64,000 nucleotides of DNA. It comes from Nitrospinota bacterium (GTDB lineage Bacteria > UBA8248). The DNA lies in assembly GCA_036231405.1 (NCBI GenBank), contig JAZAHK010000006.1:30628-94627 (forward strand). Direction: 5' to 3'. The notes beneath the pieces were generated by a model, which was given only the letters and a program-made list of their open reading frames with translations, was not told the origin of the DNA and made no database searches. Each line of letters begins with the position of its first letter. The stretch's first letter is position 1. A program made the position numbers and the translations under genes. This document shows, piece by piece, positions 50,123-59,274 of this stretch.

Positions 50123-51130
50123 TTATATTTTATAAAGTTCTTTTACATTCCCATTTAAGACTTTTTCCTGATCCGTTTCCGACAGACGTGAAAGTCCAGG
50201 AATATCCTTTGCGGCTCCTAAATAACCCATATCGAAAGGATAATCGGTCCCGTACAGAATACGTTCAGCACCCAAAGTCTTTACAGCAAACTCAAATGAA
50301 TCCGCATTATGGATTATTGTATCGTAATAAAATTTATCAATATACTGCTCAGGATTTTTTGCGCCATTTACTTTCGGCTCACGTCTTTCACCATATCCAT
50401 GTTCCCAACGACCACGAATCCAAGGAGTAAAACCACCAGTGTGGGAAACTAAAAATTTAATATTTGGAAACCTGTCAAAAACACCACCAAAAATTAAGCA
50501 AGCCATCGAAATTGTTGTATCTAAAGGATTGCCAATAAAATTGCGAAGATAGTAATCTTTAAGACGATCATTTACACCCATAACATCTGAAGGATGAATA
50601 AAAACAGGGACGTCTAGTTCACAAGCCTTTGCCCATACAGCATCAAGACCAGGATCGTCAAGATTTGTTCCTGCAACGTTTGATGCTATCTGGCAACCTT
50701 TATGTCCATTTTTTACGGCACGATCTAATTCAGAAGCAGCAGCATCTGGATCTTGCAAAGGAATTTGAGCCATGCAATGAAATTGTTCAGGATATGTCTT
50801 CGTCAATTCAGTTAAAGCATCATTTAAGGATGAGGAGATTTCTTTATTCAATCCAGCATCTAAAGCGTAAAATGTCATGGGAGGAACTACTGATAAAACC
50901 TGCATATCAACTCCCATATTCTTCATATCAGAAAGCCTAAGATCAACGTCATAAGTAGTTTTTGGAAGAGGATTTTTATGAATTCTTTCCTGTCCCAAAA
51001 CCGTATTCTTAGTTGTTAAAAATTCCCAGTCTTCTCCTGGTTCAATAACTACAGAATCACCAAAACTACCTTTTCTTACATCCTCGATAAAACTAGGTGG
51101 AGCTATATGGGCATGAGGGTCAATTATCAC
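50123..51130 (-). CDS. Amidohydrolase-2 family, ACMSD-like decarboxylase/hydratase (paralog A)
   Basis: DPHAH, FIHP, SHTGGF, FYYDT and GTDYPFDMG. Confidence 0.87.
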   Translation of the reverse strand: MIIDPHAHIAPPSFIEDVRKGSFGDSVVIEPGEDWEFLTTKNTVLGQERIHKNPLPKTTYDVDLRLSDMKNMGVDMQVLSVVPPMTFYALDAGLNKEISSSLNDALTELTKTYPEQFHCMAQIPLQDPDAAASELDRAVKNGHKGCQIASNVAGTNLDDPGLDAVWAKACELDVPVFIHPSDVMGVNDRLKDYYLRNFIGNPLDTTISMACLIFGGVFDRFPNIKFLVSHTGGFTPWIRGRWEHGYGERREPKVNGAKNPEQYIDKFYYDTIIHNADSFEFAVKTLGAERILYGTDYPFDMGYLGAAKDIPGLSRLSETDQEKVLNGNVKELYKI

Positions 51131-51257
51131 TGATTTCTCCTTATTGGAAAGATTTTATAACTAAACACATAAAATTCTAAATTTTCTATTTAAAAGTATT
51201 TAAACAAAAAACCGGCCATTTTCAAGCTATAGATAAAAATTACTTTAAATGACCAAT

Positions 51258-52082
51258 CTAGTATTTTTTATTTATTTTAATACGTACGTTAGATGAACCT
51301 ACGGAAATTTCCTCTTTAGAGATACCTTCCATGTCTCCTTTTGTAACTGGACCAGCAATACCATCAAAATCAAGACGTGCTATGATTCGATACCTTCCAT
51401 CAAATTTCACGCCTCTCATCATGACATTTCTTTCAGATAATTCAAACTTAAATGGAAATGAAGGTGACAATATCCTTACAACTGCGACAGGAGCCGGTCT
51501 ATTTTGATTTTTGGCAATAACATATAAGACAGATTTTTTATTTTTGAAAGAAACTAAAGAATCATCAATTGTAATCACCCCAGATATTTTTCTAACAAAA
51601 GAATTCCTTTTTGATTTTTTGAGTAAAGAAGTATTTATTTTTGAATTTTTCTTGCTTTTTCCTTCTCTTGCAATAATAACATTGACATTCTTTGATCCGA
51701 TTTGGACAATTTTACGAGAAACGCCCTCAAAATCACCTTTCGTAAGAGGCCCGACAATTCCGTCAGCATCCAATCTTGCCCTAACTAAAACACGACCACT
51801 AAAAGACACTCCCGGCATCATGGAATCGTTCTTTGTTAGAATAAAATGGTAAGGAAACTTAACATTAATTAATTTCTGTACAGCTAAAGGAGGTCCCCCT
51901 CGCTCCGACTGTAAATATAGAAAGAGTGTTCTTACATTTTGGACTCTTTTTTTAAGTTGAGGAGTTATACGAACAACTCCAGAAATCGATTCTTTTGGCA
52001 AAGAAAAAAATGGGCAAAAATCACAACCATAAATAAAAAAGCTAAAAACTAAAAAAAAACATAATAATAATCTGGAACTCAT
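51258..52082 (-). CDS. Putative lipoprotein with two tandem CcmI/CycH C-terminal-like domains
   Basis: Lipobox IYGC; two repeats of ISGV…P(L/V)AV…FP…F.L…MM.G…ARLD.DG…GD.EG…V.I. Confidence 0.68.
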   Translation of the reverse strand: MSSRLLLCFFLVFSFFIYGCDFCPFFSLPKESISGVVRITPQLKKRVQNVRTLFLYLQSERGGPPLAVQKLINVKFPYHFILTKNDSMMPGVSFSGRVLVRARLDADGIVGPLTKGDFEGVSRKIVQIGSKNVNVIIAREGKSKKNSKINTSLLKKSKRNSFVRKISGVITIDDSLVSFKNKKSVLYVIAKNQNRPAPVAVVRILSPSFPFKFELSERNVMMRGVKFDGRYRIIARLDFDGIAGPVTKGDMEGISKEEISVGSSNVRIKINKKY

Positions 52083-52099
52083 CTTAAACTTTATCCTTT

Positions 52100-53017
52100 T
52101 TAATTCGCGCTCAAGAACTGTAAAACTTTATCCAAAGATGGGAGAGCAGAACGCCCTCCAAGTTTTGTGCAATTAATCGCGGCAACTGCGTTCCCATATC
52201 GAAGAGACTCTTCAGTAGAAAAATTTCTAACCTGACCATACAAGAACCCCGCATGGAATGCATCACCAGCGCCAGTTGTATCAACAACATCAACCGGAAA
52301 AGATTCTATCTCATAAAAAATACATCCATCATAAGCGAGAACTCCCTTTGATCCGAGGGTCATTCCAACCAATTTTGGTCCCATTGAAAAAATTCTTTTA
52401 AGAGATTCAAATGGATCATTTTCTCGAGTGAACTGTTTTGGGAAATGTTCTGAAGATATTAAAAAATCCGTTTTTTCTATCAATTTTTCTATACCAGGCG
52501 ATACACGTTCTACATCAAGGGAAATTAGGGTTCCCTCACTTCTGGCAATTTCACATGCGAAAATCTCTGCATCTAAATTATGCCCATCAATATGTAAAAA
52601 ACGAGAAGAAGAAATAAGCTGAGGATTAACGTTTTCTGGTGCTATATAGGTATCTCTTTTCCAAACAATTGTTCTTCCACCACGTGATTCTTCTTCTCCC
52701 TCTTTTTGAACTAACACAATTGCGAACTGACTAGATAAACCAGTTTGGATCGTCACATTTTCAATATTTACTCCCTCACTACGAAGACTTTCTATTGAAA
52801 CCGTACCAAACTCATCATCACCAACCGAACCAATGTAAGAAACATTTAATCCCAATCTGGAAAGTGCGACCATTGCTGTTGCAGTTTGACCACCACCTTG
52901 ATACGTAATATTTCTAGCTTCAGATTTTGAATTAAAAATAGGAAATGTATCTACTTCACACAGCAAATCAACAGAATTAAGGCCAAGTCCGACAACGTCA
53001 AAAATATGATTTTTCAT
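52100..53017 (-). CDS. PfkB family carbohydrate kinase
   Basis: GGGQTATAMVALSRLG, GSVGDDEFG and VDTTGAGDAFHAG. Confidence 0.92.
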   Translation of the reverse strand: MKNHIFDVVGLGLNSVDLLCEVDTFPIFNSKSEARNITYQGGGQTATAMVALSRLGLNVSYIGSVGDDEFGTVSIESLRSEGVNIENVTIQTGLSSQFAIVLVQKEGEEESRGGRTIVWKRDTYIAPENVNPQLISSSRFLHIDGHNLDAEIFACEIARSEGTLISLDVERVSPGIEKLIEKTDFLISSEHFPKQFTRENDPFESLKRIFSMGPKLVGMTLGSKGVLAYDGCIFYEIESFPVDVVDTTGAGDAFHAGFLYGQVRNFSTEESLRYGNAVAAINCTKLGGRSALPSLDKVLQFLSAN

Positions 53018-53022
53018 TTTTA

Positions 53023-53775
53023 TTAAACAAATTCTTTATAGCGAATTCCCAAAGGATCAACTTTATGAAGGGCATCGAGTTCTTCCCTACTAGGTTCAAC
53101 CGTTTCAGGAAAGTCATTAATATTTCCGATATCAAAACCGGTAGATTCAGTTAGACTATCTGCGTCCACTCCAAAATGTTTGCTGAGCAAGGAAAGTGTT
53201 CCATTTGTTTTTTTGAAAATACAAAGCGGGGTGATTATATTTCCTACGTTTCCGGATGCCGTTATAAAAGAACAAGTCTTTGGAAATGTTTTTTTTGTAT
53301 GAACCGTTCTCCAAAGCACGACTCGATTTGCAGTAGGAAGTATCATTGCGCTTCCTGCGCCACCTGGAAGTTTCACTTTAGGTTTATCAGACTCCCCTAT
53401 CAATGATAGGTTTATGTTGCCACAAGAATCTATTTGAGCACCGCTTAAAAAAGCCAAGTCCAATTTCCCTCTAGCTGAAAGATCAAAAATTTCAGAAAGA
53501 GAAAAAAATGACTTGTTTCCTTCCATCAATTGTATCCCAACAGTGGTAGATGGCATTTTAGAAGGAGTGGGATTAACACCACCAGGGATATTAAGATATG
53601 TAAGATTGGGAGCATTTGTTATCCTTGCTAAAGCGATCGCGATCATAGGTAAAATCGAAGCAACACCATGAAAAACTGTCTGATAGTCTTTGATTTCCCT
53701 TGCAAGAAAAACAACCATCCTATCAGCTACAAGCCTGATGTTTAACGAAACTTTAGAATTTTGAACATTTGTCAT
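53023..53775 (-). CDS. Family I CoA-transferase-fold, beta subunit (GctB/IpdB-like)
   Basis: AFLSGAQIDSCGNINLS and KLPGGAGS; canonical catalytic Glu not evident. Confidence 0.82.
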   Translation of the reverse strand: MTNVQNSKVSLNIRLVADRMVVFLAREIKDYQTVFHGVASILPMIAIALARITNAPNLTYLNIPGGVNPTPSKMPSTTVGIQLMEGNKSFFSLSEIFDLSARGKLDLAFLSGAQIDSCGNINLSLIGESDKPKVKLPGGAGSAMILPTANRVVLWRTVHTKKTFPKTCSFITASGNVGNIITPLCIFKKTNGTLSLLSKHFGVDADSLTESTGFDIGNINDFPETVEPSREELDALHKVDPLGIRYKEFV

Positions 53776-53795
53776 TTCAAACCCATATTCATTTT

Positions 53796-54608
53796 TTAGG
53801 CGTAATCTAGATTTTCTAAAGATAAAAGATGCTTTTCAATTTCTTTATTGGATTTTGATTGCGAGAAATATTCTTTGACAACAGTTTCATCAAAATCATA
53901 GAAAGGAAAGCAAGACGTCGGAAATGCACCCTTTCCTACATGCACAACAGCTTTTACCAAAAAAGATGGGATTTTCGTCTTTAGAGGATTTTCTTGAAAA
54001 AAAGACGTTTCCTTAATTTTTTCCGCTGTTAAGATTACTTGAGTGGAAGCTCTCGTCATTAAGATATCTTCAAACACCCCACCATCTATTCTCGCATTGC
54101 CAAACCTATCAGAGTAAGGAACATGGATTATTGCCCAATCTGGAGTAATAGAGGGGATCATATAAATTTCCTCACCAGTATAAGGGTCAGACATTTTATC
54201 AAAACCCGTGAGTTTGGGAACATCGCTACCCTGCAGACCTGCAATAGGTTGACTGGGAATACCATAAGAAGATGCACGTAATCCTGCAATCACAGTGGCA
54301 CAAGCGTGTTCGTTAATTTTTATTAATCCAGATTCTGCAGACCTTCGAAAAGATGGACATAATCCAAAGACATTCTCGAATCCAACATATCCTACTGTGA
54401 CTTCTGAAACAGCCTTTGCAAAACATAGCAGATCAATATCGTAGCCACCTGCTGTTTTCACCAATGAGAGTCTTCTTTTTCCTTGACGAGCAATTTCACG
54501 GACAAAAGACGAAGGAATCCTGGAAAATGAGTTCCCTCCCAAGGCCAAGGTTTGACCATCTTTTATTAAAGAGGCAGCCTTAGATAATGTTATAAGTTTA
54601 GATTCCAC
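53796..54608 (-). CDS. Family I CoA-transferase-fold, alpha subunit (GctA/IpdA-like)
   Basis: IKDGQTLALGG, EIARQG, DLL, GLRA…GIP, DPYTGE and PDWAIIHV…DRFGNA. Confidence 0.85.
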   Translation of the reverse strand: MESKLITLSKAASLIKDGQTLALGGNSFSRIPSSFVREIARQGKRRLSLVKTAGGYDIDLLCFAKAVSEVTVGYVGFENVFGLCPSFRRSAESGLIKINEHACATVIAGLRASSYGIPSQPIAGLQGSDVPKLTGFDKMSDPYTGEEIYMIPSITPDWAIIHVPYSDRFGNARIDGGVFEDILMTRASTQVILTAEKIKETSFFQENPLKTKIPSFLVKAVVHVGKGAFPTSCFPFYDFDETVVKEYFSQSKSNKEIEKHLLSLENLDYA

Positions 54609-54705
54609 AACAAAACCTTAAAACTTCTATAAAATTTAAGTAAACTATATATTACTATTTAAACACGATTTCCATTTAATTTAAATTCTAACAAATAGAA
54701 TCTTA

Positions 54706-54734
54706 TTGACAATTATAATTGAATTGCCTACGCT
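54706..54734 (+). promoter_or_regulatory. Putative sigma70 promoter of scpAB
   Basis: TTGACA-17 bp-TACGCT. Confidence 0.6.
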
Positions 54735-54800
54735 GGATGTTGTTATACAGACTAGATTATTTCTTAATCCGCCTTCCCCCTTAATCTTGGGGAAGTAAAT

Positions 54801-55742
54801 TTGAAAGAAACTGTTCATCATAATTCCGTTTCATCCCCAGAAATAAAAAAGCCTGTCCTAAAGGATAAGAAGGACGTGCGCTCTCAAAACACCCATTCTG
54901 AAGATTGGATTGACAATTTAAACCAGGAACAACTTCCATCACTAGAACTCAGCCCCGACAGCAGAAACCAACCAGAATTTCTTACTACAAAAGATGAAAA
55001 TAAATTTAGAGTTAAACTGCAAGTGTTTGAAGGTCCATTGGAACTACTTCTAAGTTTGGTGCGAGAACATGAACTAAATATAAACGATATTCCTATCGTA
55101 TTTATTACTGACCAATATCTGGAATACGTAAACTTGATGAAAAATTCAAACATCAATCTTGCATCAGAATACCTTGTTATGGCTTCTTGGCTTATTTATA
55201 TTAAAAGCAGGACTTTACTACCTCAGTCAGACGGCGAAGAACTTCCCGAGGAAGATCCTGAAATGCTCCGCCAAGAACTACAAAAACAATTAATAGAATA
55301 TCAGAAATTCAAAAATTTAAGTGGTTACTTTAAGGTCGCTGAAGAAGAACAATCTCTACATTTTGAGAGAGGCGGTGACCAGGAAATAGAATCTATCGTC
55401 AAAAAAATTAACCCTGAAGAAGACGGAAAAATTATCCTGACAACATTTGAATTAATGAATGCTATGAAGAATATGCTTGAGTTAGAAGATGGGGAGAATG
55501 TTCATTTAATTGAAATAGAAGAGTTAGAAGTAGCCGACAGACAAAATTATATTTTAGATTTTATAAAAAATTTAGGCTCTGAAGGTATAGCATTCGACAA
55601 AATTTTAGAGAATAAAAGAACATTAACAATCGTTGCTACGTTTCTTGCTCTTCTCGAACTTGTTAAAAGAAGTCTAATTGTTGTTTTTCAAAATCACAGT
55701 TTTTCAGAAATCAGAATTAAAAAGGCGGTGCTTAATGAATAA
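54801..55742 (+). CDS. scpA: Segregation/condensation protein A (kleisin) with N-terminal extension
   Basis: FEGPLELLL, ITDQYL, ASEYLVMAS…IKSRTLLP and TFLALLEL. Confidence 0.93.
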   Translation: MKETVHHNSVSSPEIKKPVLKDKKDVRSQNTHSEDWIDNLNQEQLPSLELSPDSRNQPEFLTTKDENKFRVKLQVFEGPLELLLSLVREHELNINDIPIVFITDQYLEYVNLMKNSNINLASEYLVMASWLIYIKSRTLLPQSDGEELPEEDPEMLRQELQKQLIEYQKFKNLSGYFKVAEEEQSLHFERGGDQEIESIVKKINPEEDGKIILTTFELMNAMKNMLELEDGENVHLIEIEELEVADRQNYILDFIKNLGSEGIAFDKILENKRTLTIVATFLALLELVKRSLIVVFQNHSFSEIRIKKAVLNE

Positions 55743-56526
55743 GGACGAACATTCTAAATTTGAATTAACTTCTGATAATGCTTCATCTCCTGAAGAGAGT
55801 GCCAAAGCCCTCGCCAACCATCAAATGGAGGCTATGGAAGAATTACCCACAACTGCAACTTTTGATCTTGTCGCTAGAGAAGAACTTGAGAAAATTGAAA
55901 ATATAGAAGAACTTCCTCTGATAATAGAAGAAGAGGAAGCAAAAAAAATAGTAGAAACCCTTCTTTTTGCTTCAAAAGAACCACTTCGTGCACGCGATAT
56001 TTCTGTGCTTTTTAGAGGGGTAGAAAATATTGATTCAAAAAAAATAAGAAAAATTCTTTTAGGCCTAGTGGATGAATATAAAGATAAAACATTTCAAATT
56101 GTAGAGATAGCAGAAGGGTTTCAAATTAGGACTAGATCGGAGTTTCATCCATGGGTCAGGAAACTTTTCAGAAAAGAAAAAAAGAATAAACTATCCCAAG
56201 CTGCCCTCGAGACACTTGCTATTATTTCATACAAACAGCCTATTACGCGTGTAGAGGTTGAAGAAATTAGAAGGGTTGACTGTAGTGGCGTAATCAATAC
56301 TTTACTTGAAAAAAATATAATAAAAATTATGGGAAGAAAAGATGTGCTAGGAAGACCCATTGTTTACGGCACTACTCCCTTATTTCTTAAACATTTTGGA
56401 TTTAAAAGTATCTCCGACATCCCAAATCCTGACGAATATCTTTCCGAAAATGGAATAGAACAAAATCTTGAAACCATACAAGCCATGAATGGCAATGCTA
56501 ATAAAAACATTAGTGGAGATAGTTAA
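55735..56526 (+). CDS. scpB: Segregation/condensation protein B
   Basis: LSQAALETLAIISYKQPITR and GRPIVYGTT; ATG 55735 behind AAGGCGG. Confidence 0.95.
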   Translation: MNKDEHSKFELTSDNASSPEESAKALANHQMEAMEELPTTATFDLVAREELEKIENIEELPLIIEEEEAKKIVETLLFASKEPLRARDISVLFRGVENIDSKKIRKILLGLVDEYKDKTFQIVEIAEGFQIRTRSEFHPWVRKLFRKEKKNKLSQAALETLAIISYKQPITRVEVEEIRRVDCSGVINTLLEKNIIKIMGRKDVLGRPIVYGTTPLFLKHFGFKSISDIPNPDEYLSENGIEQNLETIQAMNGNANKNISGDS

Positions 56527-56571
56527 ACCTTTGTTTTTCTATTTCAAACTCCACCAAAAATAAGATTCGAG

Positions 56572-57294
56572 ATGGTTAAACCTAAAAGACAAATTACTTT
56601 TAAAAATAGAATTTTACAAAAAGCTTTGCCTTTACGGAGATTCCTCTGTAGACACGGTTCTAATTTTGGGATTTCTACGTCTCGAAGAAATTTAGAAAAA
56701 AAGATTCTAGATTTTTTTTCCTATAAAAGAAATGGTTTTTTCATCGAAGCTGGAGCAGCAGATGGTATTTTAGAATCAAACACCCTTCTTTTAGAAAAAA
56801 AATATGGCTGGACTGGTTTATTAATAGAACCAGGTCAAGAACAATTCAAATATTGTAAAAAATTCAGAAAAAGTATCGTAGAAAATTACTTCCTTACTAG
56901 TTTTTCAAACTCTTCCCCAACAACGTTAATGAGAGAAGCACAACGTAATTCAAGAAAAGTTGAGCACAATTTAAATTCAAGTTCAGTTTACAACCATTGG
57001 AACAAAGAATTAATTAACCATACAAAAACAAAAACTTTTTTTGCTAAAAATACAAATTTACAATCTTTACTTAAAAAACATTCTATTGATCATGTGGATA
57101 TGGCGATAATTGACGTTGAAGGAGACTGTTTGGAAGTCTTAGATGGATATGATCATAATTCAAAAATAATTAATTTTTTGTTAGTTGAAGTTTGGAAAGA
57201 AGATTTTGAATCTTTTAAAAGAAAAGCCGAAGAAAAACAATGGAAATATCTTGATAAATGGAGTACTTCTGATTATTTGTTTAAGTTGAAATAA
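56572..57294 (+). CDS. FkbM family methyltransferase
   Basis: GFFIEAGAADG…SNT…GWTGLLIEP and IDVEG. Confidence 0.82.
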   Translation: MVKPKRQITFKNRILQKALPLRRFLCRHGSNFGISTSRRNLEKKILDFFSYKRNGFFIEAGAADGILESNTLLLEKKYGWTGLLIEPGQEQFKYCKKFRKSIVENYFLTSFSNSSPTTLMREAQRNSRKVEHNLNSSSVYNHWNKELINHTKTKTFFAKNTNLQSLLKKHSIDHVDMAIIDVEGDCLEVLDGYDHNSKIINFLLVEVWKEDFESFKRKAEEKQWKYLDKWSTSDYLFKLK

Positions 57295-57360
57295 TCTTAT
57301 TCTTTAATAAAATCCTTTCTAAGATTTATTTTCAACTTTTAATCAATAATGGGATAAAAA

Positions 57361-58272
57361 ATGAAATTCGGTATCATGGCTTGTGGAGGTGTAGGTGGAT
57401 ATTTTGGAGGTCTCCTATCCGCTTCAGGAAACGAGACCCATTTTATAGCACGTGGAAAACACTTAAATTCTATAAAAAAAAATGGTTTGCAGGTCAGATG
57501 CATTGAACCAGGCGATTTCATAGTTCAAGACGCTTCTTTTACAGATGATCCAAAAAAAGTAGGCCCTTGCGACGTTATCCTTTTTTGCGTGAAAACAATA
57601 TCTAACAAATCTTTGATTCCTGCGATTGCTCCCATGGTTGGGGAGGACACTATAATAATTAATTTGCAAAATGGTGTGGATAACGAAAAACAAATTTCCG
57701 ATTTTTACGGAAAAGAGAAGGTTTTAGGCGGTGCCGCATACATTTTTACCTCGGTAACTAGCCCAGGAGTAATTTCCCAAATCGGAGGCCCTAGACGATT
57801 AGTTTTTGGGGAATTGAACGGAAAAATTACCAATAGATCCCAAAAAATACTCGATGTTATGAAAAGTGCAAAAATCAACGCACATCTTTCAGGAAATATT
57901 AAGAGGGAATTATGGACCAAGTTTATTTTCATATGTGCTGTTGGCGGCATGACAGCTTTAACTCGCTCTCCGATTGGAGAGATTATGGGATACGAAGGAA
58001 CGAGAAATATGACTCGTTCTATGATGCAGGAAGTGTATGACATATCAAAAGCAAAAGGAGTAAATCTTCCTATAGGAACCGATCAGGACAGGTTTGATTT
58101 TATTCAGGAACAAGACCCCTCAAGCAAAGGGAGTCTCTGTCATGACTTAGAGGCAGGAAAGAAAACAGAGATAGACTCTCTTTGTGGGGTTGTTTCTAAA
58201 TTAGGTAAAGAATATGGAATTCCAACCCCCATTAATGATTTTGTTTTTCATGCAATTAAATTACATGAATAG
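57361..58272 (+). CDS. panE: Ketopantoate reductase (PanE/ApbA family)
   Basis: GGVGGYFG, LQNGV, LWTKF and SLCHDL…TEID. Confidence 0.82.
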   Translation: MKFGIMACGGVGGYFGGLLSASGNETHFIARGKHLNSIKKNGLQVRCIEPGDFIVQDASFTDDPKKVGPCDVILFCVKTISNKSLIPAIAPMVGEDTIIINLQNGVDNEKQISDFYGKEKVLGGAAYIFTSVTSPGVISQIGGPRRLVFGELNGKITNRSQKILDVMKSAKINAHLSGNIKRELWTKFIFICAVGGMTALTRSPIGEIMGYEGTRNMTRSMMQEVYDISKAKGVNLPIGTDQDRFDFIQEQDPSSKGSLCHDLEAGKKTEIDSLCGVVSKLGKEYGIPTPINDFVFHAIKLHE

Positions 58273-58409
58273 AGAGAGTTAACATAATAAAAAAAGGACC
58301 TTTGTTCACTAGAATTTCTCCTCTCGATCTGAATATAATCGTTTAAACAAAATTTCTAATTAAATTTATAAAGTTATACACAATCTTTTTTTTCTTTGAG
58401 AGGAATGAT

Positions 58410-59273
58410 ATGTCTGGAGACAACGTAAAATATCGCTTTTTATTAGTTCAAGCATTCGAGATCCCAGGGAAAAGTAAATATTACGCATCGAGAGAACATC
58501 TTCCAAAAGAAGAGGCATTACAAAATTATAAAGATGTTGCTCCTTTACTAGAAGATGTTGAGTGGGAATTACACATGGGTGGTGTTCCACAGTACGGAGA
58601 TTGGGCAGTGGAAAACAGAGAAGAATTTGCATATGCCGCAACTGCACGTCTTCCTGCAGTTCGTGAAGCTGCCGAAAGTGGAAAATATAACGGCATAATT
58701 CTTCTAGGAGGTGGAGAACCAGGTTTTTTTGAATCAAGAGAAATTTGCAGAAAAAATGACGTAGTTGTCACATCATGTGCCTTTTCACAGATGCACGTTG
58801 CATCTATGCTGGGTAATAAATTTAGTATTCTTGACTTTGCAGAATCGCACAACATGTATTACTACAATCTTGTTGTCCAACACCGATTCGATAGAAGATG
58901 TGCTTCTATAAGAAATATCGGATACTACCATCCAAGACCTGGTTACGACGGAGAACCTGATCTTACTCAAGAAAAAATCAAAGCACTGAATGGTGAACAT
59001 TCAGAAGCGGTCGAAAGGGCAGTCGAAGAAGCTGAGTCAGCTTTAAGAGAAGATGGAGCCGAAGTTTTGACTTTTGGTTGTTCTGGTGTCTTTTGGCTTC
59101 AACCTTTTATCCAAAAAAGACTGTTTGAACTAGGTTGGGAAGTTCCCGTACTTGAAGGCTACAGTTGTGCGATTATGTTAGCAAAAATGATGATAGATAT
59201 GGGCGTTAACGCTAGTGGAATTTCTTTTCCAGGAGACAGACCTAAAAAGAGTCCTAGAAGAGTACTTTTTTAA
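58410..59273 (+). CDS. Asp/Glu/hydantoin racemase-fold protein with only one catalytic Cys
   Basis: LLGGGEPG…RE, ASMLGNKFS, DGAEVLTFGCSG and VPVLEG. Confidence 0.75.
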   Translation: MSGDNVKYRFLLVQAFEIPGKSKYYASREHLPKEEALQNYKDVAPLLEDVEWELHMGGVPQYGDWAVENREEFAYAATARLPAVREAAESGKYNGIILLGGGEPGFFESREICRKNDVVVTSCAFSQMHVASMLGNKFSILDFAESHNMYYYNLVVQHRFDRRCASIRNIGYYHPRPGYDGEPDLTQEKIKALNGEHSEAVERAVEEAESALREDGAEVLTFGCSGVFWLQPFIQKRLFELGWEVPVLEGYSCAIMLAKMMIDMGVNASGISFPGDRPKKSPRRVLF

Positions 59274-59274
59274 T

